From positions 27,280,001 to 27,344,000 of the forward strand of contig CM022677.1 in assembly GCA_012295275.1 (NCBI GenBank): DNA of 64,000 nt, read 5' to 3'. A program made the position numbers and the translations under genes. Position 1 is the stretch's first letter, and every line of letters starts with the position of its first letter. Below, piece after piece: positions 1-15,725 of this stretch. The notes under the pieces were generated by a model that was given only the letters and a program-made list of their open reading frames with translations, was not told the origin of the DNA and did no database searches. The DNA is from Chrysomallon squamiferum (taxonomy: Eukaryota > Animalia > Mollusca).

Positions 1-475
1 TAGTTGATATAAACGTACTATTGATATAAACATGCAGTTGATGAAAATGTACAGCTATTATAAAAGTACAGTTGATACTGACATAGTTGATAGAAAAGTA
101 TAGTTGACATAAACGGATTGTTGATATAAAAGTATAACTGATATAAACATACAGTTGATACATAGCATATCTGATACAGAAGTACAGTTGATATAAAAGT
201 ACAGTTGATATAAAAGAACAGTTCGTACGAAAGTGCAGTTGATATAATAGTAGAGTTGATACGAACGTACAGCCGGTATGAAACTACAGTTCATGCAAAC
301 GTATAGTTGATATTAAAGTACAGTTGATATAAAAGTGAAGTTGATATGAACTTTGTTGATATAAACGCGCTGTTGATATAAATCTACAGTTGTTATGAAC
401 ATATAGTTGATATAAAAGTATAGCTGATATAAAAGTGCAGTTGATATAAACGACAGTTGATATAAATGTATAGTT
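1..475. repeat. 17-bp minisatellite (GTACAGTTGATATAAAA), truncated by window start
   Basis: Diverged tandem copies of ACAGTTGATATAAAAGT. Confidence 0.9.
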
Positions 476-653
476 TATTTTTTATTTATACCTTTTCAAA
501 AATAAGATGATTAAAAGGAAAAGAAAAGAAACCAGTAAAACAACGACGACAACAACAACAGCAACAACAACAACAAAAATAATAATAAAATAAATAAAAA
601 TTTAAATGAACTGAAAATCAAACACCAATATACAGACCAAGAAACAGACTAAA

Positions 654-684
<31 letters not shown>

Positions 685-876
685 AGTGTGTCTGTCTGTC
701 TGTCTCTCTGTGCATGTGTGTATTTTTGTGGAAAGTCAAACAGTGAGATCTTCAACACATTCATCTAATAAAGAATTAAAATCTCGATTATTTCCGATTA
801 TCCTCGCGTATTTCCGTAAATAACTTGCTCGGACATGACTGGAAACGTTAGGTCGACTGATTTGTTTAAACACCCG

Positions 877-985
<109 letters not shown>

Positions 986-994
986 TCCCTCCCT

Positions 995-1112
<118 letters not shown>

Positions 1113-1349
1113 AAATGTATGTACATTTATATAACTGTTCTATAGATTTTGCGATATAATAATTTTATAAAGATTTTTACCCTTTATTACTATTATATCA
1201 ATTATATTTCAGTTTATGAAAATTTTGCCATAAAGAATTGCTGTAGTATCCTATATTAATATTATACAGATTTTTACCCTGTATTAATATAATAACATAT
1301 TATTATATTATATCATATTACATTTATTCGATATAAATATTATATAGAT

Positions 1350-1708
1350 CAGGGGTCACCAACCATTTTGAACATGAGAGTTACTTCATAGGTACCGAGT
1401 CATACGAAGGGCAGTCAGTTTATTACACTCTACTGAAATAACAAATCTGTTCAGCTTATCTTTAGTTATATATTATTATTAATGATACCCATCTATGTGA
1501 ATACACTGATCACATTAATGATTTCTCACAGTAATTATCACCAATGACTTAACAAGGCTGAATGCAGCTAATATCAATATTTAACCTTTAATTCTATCGA
1601 TCTCAAGAAATTGTTTAAATATTTTAGGAACAGGCCTGCGGGTGGGCGTCTGTTTGTGGTTCTTTGGGGGCAACCTGGTGCCCGCAGTTACCGTGTTGGT
1701 GATCCTTA
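1350..1708. mobile_element. hAT (Charlie-like) non-autonomous element / MITE
   Basis: TIRs CAGGGGTCACCAAC ... GTTGGTGATCCTTA (11/14 match); 8-bp TSD ATATAGAT (1342-1349) / ATATAGAC (1709-1716). Confidence 0.8.
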
Positions 1709-1994
1709 ATATAGACTATTTTATCTATAAATGATATGTAGATGTTACCGTGGGTTTAAAACGTAATCGAATGCGGTTGAAAATAATGTCTGATTTCTCT
1801 CTGATTACTCATTTTTCTGTTTGGTTTAAAATCAAATGGATAACGCCATCGTTTTTTGTTTGTTTTTTTGTTGTTTTTTTGTTGTTGTTTTTTTCATCGT
1901 TTAAAAACATTTTAAATATAAACATTTCTATCATTTTCATTCACTGTTGGCAGGTTTGACTTCTGACATTTTAAGCACTTTTTTTCAATCCTCG

Positions 1995-2285
1995 TTTTCG
2001 ACGCCGGTTTGTGCCGTCGTTGTCGTCTGCGTGCTGTGTCAGTGTTGTAGCGTGAACGAATCGCCGGAAGACACTACGCACGAGTAAAAAGTCACAGTGT
2101 AAAACACTTATACGCTCGGGAACGCGAACCGGGACTTTTTGAAAATAATGCCACTCGGCTAATTACGGATACGGGCGATCGGGCATTTCCGGAAATAAAG
2201 TTGAGTCTTTGACCGTTGCCAAGGTAACGTGGATTCCCAGCTACTCGACAAAGGAAGTACGTAATATTGCCACAGCGTCACCTCA
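1995..2285. promoter_or_regulatory. CpG-rich promoter/enhancer-like island
   Basis: High CpG in an AT-rich context; X-box GTTGCCAAGGTAAC (2215-2228), kB-like GGGCATTTCC and TTTCCGGAAA. Confidence 0.35.
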
Positions 2286-2791
2286 GACACAAAATGTGAT
2301 GACATTATAGTAGTAGTTTTATTTTTATTTTTCCTTTCCTAGATTTTTTTTTTTTTTTTTTTTTATGTTTTTACTGTTGTTTATTTATTTATTTATTTAT
2401 TTGTTTTTGTTTGTTTGTTTATTTATTTACTTATTCTCCCTTGTTCTTACTGATAACTGAAGTTATTATTATTCGTAGTTCTTTTTTAATTATTAATTTA
2501 ATTTAATTTAATTTAATTTATTACTATTTTAATTCTGTTTTATTGGGTAAGCTTTTTTTCTTATTAGTATCGTTCTTTTATCGTTGATGTTGTTTTTGTT
2601 GATATTGACGATGTTGCTTTTGTTGTTATTGATTATGTTCTTAATGATGTTGTTGTTGTTGTTGTGGTTGTTAGTGCTGCTTATCTTCTTTTTTTTTATT
2701 ACGTTTTCTTTGTGTCCTTTTCTTAAAGACTTTGAGAAACGAAATCTTGTATAAGCAGCAAAAAGAAAAGAAAGACACTGAGAGGATGAAA

Positions 2792-2881
<90 letters not shown>

Positions 2882-2956
2882 CAGAAAGAGACAGAGACAG
2901 ACAGAGAGAGAGACAGACAGACAGAAAGAGAGAGAGAGACGGAGAGAGAGAGAGGT

Positions 2957-3063
<107 letters not shown>

Positions 3064-3284
3064 GAGAGAAAGAAAGAGAGAGAGAGAATGAAAGAAAGAG
3101 AGAGATACATACTACGACAGACAGAAATCGTCTTTGAAACAAAACAAAAACGTTTCAAATAGAAAGTATATTATTTTATTAATTAGTAATATATACGTTT
3201 TTCACTTTTTGGAAGTTCTTTGCTCGACATAGTTTCATTTTTAGATTAAAGATTTAATTTTGAAGAAAAAAGTTCAGTGAAAAG

Positions 3285-3407
<123 letters not shown>

Positions 3408-3437
3408 GTGGTAATAATAGTAATAATAATATAATAA

Positions 3438-3507
<70 letters not shown>

Positions 3508-3756
3508 CAAAATAAAAATAATAATAACTGTTGTTTAATATAATTGCATTATTGATGAAATATCAGATGCATTTGTTTTATGCAGAGGTCAAAGATAAAG
3601 CTACAGTCTATGAGTTGGAAGTTCACAGGTCAAAGTTCAAACATAACATAATTAACAGGATGGCTTCGACATCTTCTAGACAAGAGGACAATCTACGTCA
3701 CTTCCGCCTTCAGCTGGAAGACATCTGAAATAGAAAGCAAAAAGTTTATTATATTG

Positions 3757-3852
<96 letters not shown>

Positions 3853-3889
3853 CACTCTCTTTCTCTATCTGTCTCTCTCTGTCTTTCAG

Positions 3890-3968
<79 letters not shown>

Positions 3969-3971
3969 CTC

Positions 3972-4003
<32 letters not shown>

Positions 4004-4938
4004 GCTCACTCTCTTTATCTGTCTCTCTCTCTGTCAGTCTCTCTCTCTGTCCCTCTCTCGCTCATTCTCTCTCGCTCACTCTCTCTCTCACTCTCTCTGA
4101 CAAAAAGATGGATCGTGATAAATTAAATCAACTAGTGTGATCGCGCCTTTACTTAATTAACTAATGACCCAAGATAAAATTGAAATCTATTTTTAAACGT
4201 TATCTGACTGCTAAAATGAGAAAATTTAACGTTCAAATGGAATGACATGAATGTGGGAAAAAGTAAAATAAAATAAAATAAGTTAAAATAAAATAAAATA
4301 AAATAAAATAAAATAAATACCTAAATACCTAAATACCTAAATACCTAAATACTTAAATAAATAAATAAATAAAAAAATAAATAAATAAATAAACAACAAC
4401 AACCACAAAAATAATAATAACGGTAACTATGTTGATGATAAATCACGCACGCACACATACACACATATGTACATCTACTCTCAAACACATTCATATTGAC
4501 ATATATTAATAGATTATACACATAATATAAATCTACCTAAACATTATATATATATATATCTATGTATATATATATATTTGTTTGTACGTACGTATGTATG
4601 AATGTATGTTTGTATGTATGTATGTATGAATGTATGTATGTTTGTATGTATGTATGTTTGTATGTATATATGTAAGTATGTATGTATGTTTGCATGTATG
4701 TTTGTATGAATGTATGTATGTATGTATGTTTATATGTATGTATGTATGAATGTATGTTTGTATGTATGTTTGTTTGTATGTATGTTTGTATGTATGTATG
4801 TATGTTTGTATGCATGTACGTATGTTTGTATGTATGTATGTATGTATGTTTGTATGTATGTATGTATGAATGTATGTATACGCGTACGCACACACACATA
4901 CGTACCTATAATGACACAGCAACTTCTACTACAACTAC

Positions 4939-5002
<64 letters not shown>

Positions 5003-5413
5003 AAGAAGAATTAACAGGAAAAAACCTTTAACCAGTATAAACGCATCAAGAAGGAAGGGGAAACAACTCTCTCGGTGACAAAATACACGCTTCTGTCAAC
5101 GTACTTGAGTTTTAACAGCTGACGGAACTTGACACAGTGTTGAATTACAAACACGGTATCGGACAATTAGACTTAACATCTTTGGCTACGTCATCCGTGA
5201 GCAGGCCACAAATTTGATCAAGAGAAAAACATTCTTCACTAGACTCCAGAAAGTTTTTTCTCAATGGAGATGACGAGCAGCCAAGCGGAAAAGATGAAGA
5301 AGGAAAAAAAAAAAAAATGAAAAAGAAAGAAAGAAAGAAAAAGACTTTCTCGTTTCAAGTTTCACGTAATTCTCACTAGCAGTCGGGGAGATGTTTACAA
5401 ATTAAGAAAAATC

Positions 5414-5447
<34 letters not shown>

Positions 5448-5571
5448 TGTCATTTCGTGTTTGTAGTAGTTTTTGTAGAAGTAGTAGTAGTCGTAAATCT
5501 ACAGATACATTTGTACATACGAACATAGCTATATAAAATGCATGTATAAATGCATATATATATATATATAC

Positions 5572-5614
<43 letters not shown>

Positions 5615-5944
5615 TAAATATATATGCACACGTACAAACATGAAACATTGATGTTTTGTCAACAAGAGAAAAATAACGACACGTAATGACAAATAAATGA
5701 CGCAATACATAACACATAAAATGAGTAAGTAAGTTAATAATGCAATAACAAACTAACAGACAAACCGACTGAATTATGTAATTAAATTATATTTCAATTT
5801 ATATCAGTGATCTTACTGTATTTTTCATTATTATTATTTTATTTATTTATTTATTTTATTTATTTATTTTTTATCTTATTTTATTTTTATTTTTATTTTA
5901 TTTTATTTTATTTATTTATTTTGTGCGCATGTGTATGTGTGTGT

Positions 5945-6030
<86 letters not shown>

Positions 6031-6660
6031 AATTGTTTTCGTTGTGCACCTATTTTCGTTCTTAGCTTTACAAGTTTTAATTATTCACAGACAAGGGAGT
6101 TTTTCCACGTTCGATACACGAATAAAGGTTCAATTAAAATGACGTCATACTGAGAAATGTTTCCGCATTTGTTACCTGGATACAATTAAAATTAGCTCAC
6201 AAATCAGTTACGTTTTAGGCTATATCTGTGTCTTTTTTTCAAATCTAAAAACCGACATTAAAAAACACGTGTTCTGTTGTATAAATGAATGTAAACAGAA
6301 ATAGGGAAAACGCTGTGAATCATTTCAAAATAATTTTGTTTGCGTCGTTGAAATTCACAGTAGGACTGACTTTCAAACAGGGTTAGTTAAATGAAAAAAA
6401 ATTAGTCGTTGAAGACATAAAGATTATTTCAATTTTAGATTTCTTTTTGTATTTTCATTCTCTTTTCTGTCTCTCTCTCTCTCTCTGTCTCTTTCTCTTT
6501 GTCATTCTGTCATTCTTTTTTTACTCTCTCTCATTTTCTATCTCTTTTTCTCTCTCTGTATCTTTCTCTTTCTGTCATTCTGTCTCTCTCTCTCTCCCTC
6601 TTACCATTTGTGTGTATGTCTCTGTCTCTATCGATATCTGTTTCTTTGTAGTTTCTTTCA

Positions 6661-6729
<69 letters not shown>

Positions 6730-6801
6730 ACACAAGTACATAAACAAAATAGAAATACATCTGAATAGAGTCAATCTGATTCTAAAAGCGTTTCAAAAAA
6801 T

Positions 6802-6897
<96 letters not shown>

Positions 6898-7192
6898 TAA
6901 AACGCGAAGGAGGGACGTGGTGTATAATGTCGCTCACGTAGAGATAGAAGTAATCGTGGTAATCGTGTAATTACTTAAAGGAATCCACCCCCGCGAGGAT
7001 CTTTCTTCAAACCATTAAACGCGGACAAACATTAACTGCTGTCAAAACATACGAAGCGCGGGAATTCGGCAGACGTGAAATCTCGAAGGAATCAAGGAAA
7101 CAAAAAAAAAAAAAAATAAAAAAAAAAAAAAAAATAAAAATAATAATAATAATGAAAAGAGTAATAATAATGAAAGATAACAGTAGTTATAA

Positions 7193-7243
<51 letters not shown>

Positions 7244-7830
7244 TATTATTATTATTATTATTATTATTTATTTATTTTTATATTCAATTTTTGTTTCATT
7301 AATCAAACTATTTTTAGATTTTATGTTTGACGTCACTAAATTCGCTCACGTTTCAAGCGTCACAGAAAACTTTCCGGTTAACAGAACTACTTTGTTGCAA
7401 GTGAAGCGGTCGACTTATACCGTATTGTTCCCTATTTTCGTTTAAGCTGTTAATTCGGAAACCGTATGAAAGCGTTAATATTATAAGCCTAACAAACCCG
7501 TCAGAGATAGGCATGCGACGTACTATTAGCCACTAATACATTTTAGTCACGTGACGCTGTTTTGTTAGAAAAACGCTGTCAAATTACCATTACGGTTACA
7601 GGACAGCAAACGAATTCCCAATGGAAGCGATGTTAACGCTTTATCCATAAAGTGTAACGGGAAACTGGAAGAAAATTAAACTCCGCGATTTAATCATTTG
7701 TTTCGCATTTAATTTAAATCCGACGAATAAAAGTAAAAGACATTTTATTTTTCATTTTATTTCAAATATTAGAGGAAAATACGCGAAGCATGATTTTTCA
7801 GATGTTTATGTAAATGGACTGCACAAATGG

Positions 7831-7864
<34 letters not shown>

Positions 7865-7869
7865 ATATG

Positions 7870-8745
7870 TACGTGTGTATATGAGTATAGATATGTATAT
7901 GTGTGTGTATATAAGTATAGATATGTACATATGTGTGTGTGTGCGTATATGTGTGTGTTTTGTATGTATGTATATGAGTATAGATATATACATGTGTGTA
8001 TATGTGTGTGTGCTTATATGTGTGTGTGCGTATATATGTGTGTTTGCGTATATGTGTGTGTGTGCGTATATGTGTGTGTGTTTTGTATGTATGTATATGA
8101 GTATAGATATGTATATGCGTGTGTATATAAGTATAGATATGTATTTATGTGTGTGTTTATATATATAAGTATAGGTATGTACATATGTGTGCGTATATGT
8201 ATGTGTGTTTTGTATGTATTATATGAGTATAGATATGTATATGTGTGTATATATAAGTATAGATATGTATATGTATGTATATATAAGTATAGATATGTAT
8301 TTGTGTGTATATGTAAGTATAGATATGTATTTGTGTGTATATATAAGTATAGATATGTATATGTGTGTGTATATATAAGTATAGATATGTATATGTGTGT
8401 GTATATAAGAATAGATATGTATATATGTGTGTTTATATATAAGTATAGATATGTACATATATGTGTATGTGTGTGTATATATATATATGCATGTGTGTTT
8501 TTTATGTGTGTATTTGAGTATAGATATGTATATGTGTGTATATATAAGTATAGATATGTATATGTGTGTATATATAAGTATAGATATGTATATGTGTGTA
8601 TATATAAGTATAGATATGTATATGTGTGTGTATATATAAGTATAGATATGTATATGTGTGTGTATATGAGTATAGATATGTATATGTGTGTTTATATAAG
8701 TAGAGATATGTATATATATATGAGTATATATGTGTGTGTATGAGT
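7870..8745. repeat. About 30-bp microsatellite-derived minisatellite (TAGATATGTATATGTGTGTATATATAAGTA)
   Basis: Exact 30-bp period at 8521-8610, with more diverged copies on both sides. Confidence 0.88.
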
Positions 8746-9307
8746 ATATATATATATGTAATTTTTCTGTTTTTATGTAAACTGTCAGCGTATGTAAGTG
8801 TGTACGTGCGCGTGTGTGTACTGTGTTGACAGATATGTAAATATATATGTGCATGTGTGTATGACGTAGTTTTGTATAAACATAAAGGTAGTTACATCAT
8901 ATTATGACTACTATTACCAGAGATATCATGTTAAAAAAAACAACAGAAAAGAAAGAAATTACACAATTTGTTTTGTACGAACGTACGTTCAGTCTAATTT
9001 AGTCTACTTGTCGCGTAGTTTATGATTTTGCATCTCTCGATAATTGTCCAATTCACAATCAGCGCTAGCCACATGCTTGTGAAAACGTTTCTGCTATTTC
9101 GGACACACGTTGCTGTTACTTCAGCTGCAAAAATATCTGTCTTCGACGATAGTGACCCCCCTCCCCCGTTCACCTCGTTAAACCGAAGTTACGAAATTAG
9201 GTAAATAACGAAAACACGAAATGAATTTATACTGTTTTTGTGGTACGGTTTATGGCAAGTTTTATAGCTAACTTTAATAACTGATTCACTAAACTTTATT
9301 GTATATC

Positions 9308-9393
<86 letters not shown>

Positions 9394-9602
9394 AGAGCAA
9401 ACAAGGAAGAAATAGAGATTACAAACAAAAGTATATAGATACAAATAGAGAATGGGGTATATACAAAAGGTCATTGATACATTCATTTTTGTTATTATTA
9501 TTATTATTATTATTATTGTTATTATTATTATTATTATTCACACAACCATCAGTTTGTATTGAAATTACATAATTCATCGACTTTGTTATTCAAGAAGAAT
9601 TC

Positions 9603-9687
<85 letters not shown>

Positions 9688-10940
9688 ATTTCGGAAGAAA
9701 AACAAAATCACGAAATTATGTCACTAACGAAAACATTCTACTTACCAGTGACAGAGAGACTTGCACTGAATAAAGTTCAGGCCTTGACCGTTCTTGAGAC
9801 AGTAATTAATACACTGACCGAGACTACGTTTTGATGACGTCATACTACCACTTCCCTGCTGACCTCGAAGTAGTTTGGAAAGCTGACCCAAAACGAAGGT
9901 ATTTCGTTTCATCTCGTGAGAACTCGGATTTTCGAAGTCGTCTAAAAATAGATTATGTAAATGAGATTATTATTATTATCATTATCATCAACATCGTCGT
10001 CGTCATCATTATTCTCGCGTGATCATCGTCAACAGTAATAACAGTAGGAGTAGTTGCAGTAGTAGTAGAATCAGCAGAGGTCGTAGTAGCAGTAGAAGAA
10101 GTAGCTGTATCAGAGTAGTAGTAATTTTTATGATAATAATAATCGCAGTAGTATTAGTATCAGCAGTAACAACAGTATTAATATTACCAATAGCGATACA
10201 GGTGTTTGTAGGAGTAATAGTAGTAGGATTAGTAAATGTATTGTTAATGGTAGTGGTAGTGGTAAGGATGGAAGATATAGTAATAGTAGTAGTAGTAATT
10301 GTAGTAGCAGTAATGGTTGTAGTAGTAGTATAGTAATAATAGTAGCAGCATCATGGTATTTGAAAAAGACATAGTAGTAGTAGTTGCAAATGGTATTTAC
10401 GTATGATGATGGTATAGTACGTATAATCATGACGATTATATAGGGTAAAAAGTAAACAATTTACGGGTAAAAAAAGTTTTTAAAAACTGAAGATGGAAAA
10501 TACGTCCCAAATTTTATTAGTTGTTCCATTAACAAACGTAAAAGTTTAAAAAACTAAACAGTTTAAAAACTAAACTCTTTAAATCACACACCGAGTTTTC
10601 ACATAAACAGCTTTGTTTAATTAACAGCCCGTGAACACAACTCTGGTGAATGCGACGTGTTCTGCACGTGAGACAAAGATTCGCGAATGTTCCACCACAT
10701 CCAGCTGACTCGGATCTCGCAGGATGGAAGGAAGAGCGCAGACACACTCGATTCGTTTGTCTCATTCATCCAGGACATGATCTGTCAGAAACCCTTCGCA
10801 GACCCGTTTACCCCGACCACACCCCTGCTGCGCGAGACAGTCCGTCTCCACCCTGGCGCTCCTCCCCACCCCCACCCCAGTCTGCTGTAAAGACGTTGTC
10901 ATCACGTATGACGAGAGCGTATAACAGTCAGGCAATTGCG

Positions 10941-11252
10941 TCACGTCGTAGATTTGATTCGTCGAATGATCTGGTGACAACGGCGCAAATTACTGCGTCT
11001 AAGACGACTCGAGTAGTATTTGTTTAGACACTGGCGTCGCAGTCGCTGTTTGAAGACTGCCACGTAGTTGTTACGCGTTGACTGTGCGTTGTCGTAGAGA
11101 CGTACTGATGATGATGAACGTGCTCCCCTCTCTTGTTTTTGCAGCTGCTTCGGTAACAACTTGAATGATGACGATTTCGAACTTGGTAATATTTGCCAGT
11201 CAACCAAAGACATTCTAAGTCTCATGGTAACTTTTCTTTGTACTGAATCATC
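10941..11252 (-). other. Candidate exon or small ORF (basic 94-aa ORF 11225-10941) in a non-repetitive island
   Basis: Strong acceptor TTTTTTTTTCTTTGACTTCAG| at 11253, in frame with GTTACCATG; TATAAATA on the - strand near 11354-11361. No recognisable homology. Confidence 0.3.
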
Positions 11253-13076
11253 CTGAAGTCAAAGAAAAAAAAAGTGCTTCCTCGATCTTCGACAGTCAGT
11301 TGTATCATCAGCATAAAGTTTGGAACGTGCACCGTAGGTTCATGCACACACTCTATTTATAGGTACATTATGCATATGGTGGTCATGAAATCAAAAGAAC
11401 AATGGTAATCAACTCGCGCACGCACACACGCACGGATATCACGTCAGAAAGCGCCCTGGTTTGGGATATCAGTGCAAACATGTTCTGGCAGTCAAAACTA
11501 GTTATCAGATTCAGTGACACTGGACTTCAATCAATTCCAGGTTGCTTTCAGACAATTTTTGAATAACGGACATTCGGAAAAATGAATGCTGAAAATATCG
11601 TCATACCTTTATTTTATTTTATTTTATTATTATTATTATTATTTTAAATTCTTCTATATTTATTTGTAGTATAGATTTTTCAGTCTTTAATAAGCAAACG
11701 TCATCAGTCAACGTATAAAAAACGTCATTCGAATTTTCTACAGAGTGCATCCGATGACGTCACAGTCGTCCACTCCACCCACTGATTGCCCACACGGGGG
11801 GCTCGCGACAAAAGAGTTACAATAATGAGGGTCAGTTTTTACAATCTCCTTATCGCGTTATTAACAGTCTACATAATTAACAAATCTGCGTCTATTTTAT
11901 TATTATTATTATTATTTTTTTTTTTCCTGTCAACACTTTCCACGTCTCTCCCCAGCAACGATAAATCGTCTGGCTCACTACTAAGGATGATGGGTAATTT
12001 TATGAAATGACTTTTTTTATGGAAGATCGCTGAACCGAGGGACAAGATCGTCTGCTAATGATAACAAGAATAATCTACCACAAACTGGCGGCTGGGGGTT
12101 GACGATGGGACACGACGTCGTCGTAAATATTGTGTCGGGGTGTAATAGACGTTGTCAAAACGACCTTTTTTCGGAAAACGCAGGCGATAACATCGGCCGT
12201 CTTGTTAAAACCAAAAATGGCGTACGACGGAACACGGCGGCAGTAAATAAACAGCTGGTCTGGGATTGGTTGAAATTGAAATTATAAAAAAAAAAAAAAA
12301 AAGATTAATAAAATTAAAAATAATTAATCATACACATATGTCCAAATATTCCAAACTAATATGTCTAGACACCTCACCCCCCCATAAGTAATACCCGTAG
12401 TCATAGCAACTATAATATTTACAGAAGTCCTCTTTATCCGCGAGTTTATGTTGTTATAAAGAAGAAGAAGAATAACGATAATAACCATGATGACTACTAG
12501 TAGTTTTTACAAAAACAGTAGTAGTTGTAGTGATAGTAGTAGTAGTTGTAGTAGTTGTAGTGATAGTAGTAGTAGTAGTAGTAATAGTCGTAGTAATATT
12601 AGTAGTAATAACAACAACACTAATATAATATGTAATGATAATGAGAATTATAATAATGATGACAAAGATGATGATGATGATAATTAGAATAGTAACAAGA
12701 AAATTCAGTAATAATAATAATAATAATAAAGAAGAAGAATACAGTACTAAACCACTACTACTAATAATAAGAAGAAGAAGAAGAAGAAGAAAAAATAACA
12801 CTATACCATAAATTCTATTCTTATGACGTCATACGGTAGTTAGAAGACTGTAGTCAGCGTGACGTACTTCTTAGCAGTACTGACATGTGACGTTTCAAGT
12901 TACTGACACGTGTAAGTTAAAATGACGTCATTTTATGTGTCCATAGCATCGCGGTTTTTGCACAGGTGTTGCGTAACATTTGTAGGTAAAAGATGTCCCT
13001 TCTACAGTAATAGCTGTTGTAGTAGTAGTAGATGTTTTTGCAGTAGCATCAGAAAGAGAAAGAGAAGTAAAAACAT

Positions 13077-13162
<86 letters not shown>

Positions 13163-13231
13163 TGTGGTGGTGGTGGTATAAGGATAATAGTAACATTAGC
13201 AATAATTGTACAGATAAAGTATTATTCTCTT

Positions 13232-13267
<36 letters not shown>

Positions 13268-13643
13268 TGGTGGTGGTGGTGGTAGTAGTAGTGGTGGTAG
13301 TAGTAATAGTAACAGTAATAGCAGACGTAATTGCAGCAGTAGTATGAATTAGTAGTCGTGTTAATAGTAGTAATTGTAATAGTATTGAAAGTATTAGTCG
13401 TTGTTGCAGTAGTACTACTACTACTACTGGTAGTAGAAGGCACTAGTGGAGTTAGCGGAATCAGCACTAGTGGAGTTAGTAGTAGTTGTTGATGATTTAG
13501 AATGGATATGTTTAGTTTATGGATATTCAAAAATAAATAAATAAATAAAAACAAAAAAGGAACAAACGAAAGAAAATAGAGTAAGTAAGTACATTACAGA
13601 CAAACATACTCTGTGAGGGCAAGACATACAGGGACCGAATGAC

Positions 13644-13739
<96 letters not shown>

Positions 13740-15021
13740 AGAAGAAGAAGAAGAAGAAGAAGAAAAAGAAGAAGGAAAAGAACCCAGCCAAACAAAACTT
13801 ATGTAAGCGCATCGCTGGTAGAAGTTACTGAAACAAAATGGCGGTCTCTGGGGAACTGGTCGCGGTAGGAGACGTTAATATTTTAACTTGGTAGAGAGAG
13901 AGATGTCCTAACTACAAATTAGAATTTTTTTTTTTTTTTTTTTTTCTCTTTGCTCCTCTCCCTTGTACCGTTTATAACATCCGTGCAATCAGTTGACTGC
14001 CATCTTCTTCTTGCTACGCTAAACACGGTCCCAGGGGCATTGTTCAGTAATGACTGGACACCAGTGGAAAGTTGACGTTGGCGTGCGTAGACTGGTTTTT
14101 GTAATATTTAAGCAGGCGGACGCAGCAGAAATGAACACACGAAGGAGGAGGAGGACGGGGGGAAGGGGGGGGGGGCAAATTAACGCAACGGAGGGTCGTC
14201 GTTACGAGAGGGGGGGACAATGAATGTAAGGGATGTAAGGGAGGGGGGGGGGGAAGGGGTAAGGGTGTGGAAACAGGGAGCTGGAGCGAGGAAGGGGGAG
14301 ATGGATGGGAGAATGGGGAGAGGGAAATAATTGTGTGAGAATGGATAAAGGGCTGTGAGAAAGGGTGTGAAGGGTTGGTTGTTAGGATGGGTGGGGGAGT
14401 GATTTGAGGAAGGAGGGATGGTTTCGAATAATGAGGCATACGTGAAAGGGGTGGGGGGATGGGTGTAAAGAATGGGAAGTGGAAGTGGGAAAGGGGGAAT
14501 GGGGTTTTTTTGTGGAAGAGGGTTGAGATGGGGAATATTGTTAGCTTCGTTAGATTTATAATTTTGTTTGTTTAATTAACACACACAGTTCAGAAGTTTT
14601 TTTGTTTGTTTAATGAATGAAACATTCTGTAAAGTAAAACATTGAAATGTTATTATTACTGTTGTTGCTGTTGTTGTTGTTCTTTTCTTTATTATTATTA
14701 TCATTTTTTTTTTCATGTTCTGGAGTATTGTCATTAACACACACAGACAAAACTGAACATTTTTATTAAACATTCCATCTGCTATGTACCGTTTTGGAAC
14801 AAAAGTATTAAAAATATTTTATTACTGTACAAATTGTAAAATAATGTTTTTGCATGTCTACAACACATTGCTCCCTATAAATGTAAAATATGAATAGCAG
14901 ATATAATATTTTATTAATTTTTGTTTTTTTAATTTCTTTTAATTTTTTTATACGTATTACAATTAGCCTTTTTAATTATTTATTTATTTATTATTGTTAT
15001 TATTATTATTATTATTATTAC

Positions 15022-15070
<49 letters not shown>

Positions 15071-15436
15071 TACTATTATTATTATTATTATTATTACAAC
15101 TACTATTATTATTATTATTATTTTCTTTTAAAACTGTATAATCTGTAGATAAGTTTATGAATACAACTTTTATATGTATTCGTGAATGAGTCTGTTTATG
15201 TACGTGTGTTGTATGCGTGCGTGCCTGCGTGTGTGTGTACGTGCTTTCATTGTTTCTGGAAAGTTAGTCGAATACTTATTAGTGTTGTTCTTATTATGAC
15301 TACTAGTACTACTACACTTCTATTATTATTATTATCATTATTATTATTATTATTATTATCATTATTATTATTATCATTATTATTATTATTATTATTATTA
15401 TCATTATTATTATCATTATTATCATCATTATTATCA

Positions 15437-15474
<38 letters not shown>

Positions 15475-15694
15475 TTGTTATAATTATTAATACTGCATAA
15501 ATAAGAGTTATTAGGAAAGTATTACTGCACAAATTAAATATAATTCGAGTAACTTTAAACTACTCCAAAATTGCTGTTTGTACACCTTTTTCAACACCTT
15601 TTACAGTTTCTGAATTAAATAATTCAAATATTAACATGTGGTTGTGTTTTCATTGGCATGGCAAAAGGTATAACTGTTACATTCCGTTTTGTTT

Positions 15695-15725
<31 letters not shown>

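Noticed and set aside
5119-5196. Possible + strand exon LTELDTVLNYKHGIGQLDLTSLATSS
   Set aside because: Short, with no partner exons or homology; compatible with chance.
10622-10980. In-frame TGA near 10762 in a - strand frame (selenoprotein or antizyme-like recoding)
   Set aside because: No homology to known selenoproteins or antizyme and no SECIS-like hairpin recognised.
12974-12998. Similarity to the miR-8 3' half (AGGTAAAAGATGTC)
   Set aside because: Seed does not match and there is no star arm.
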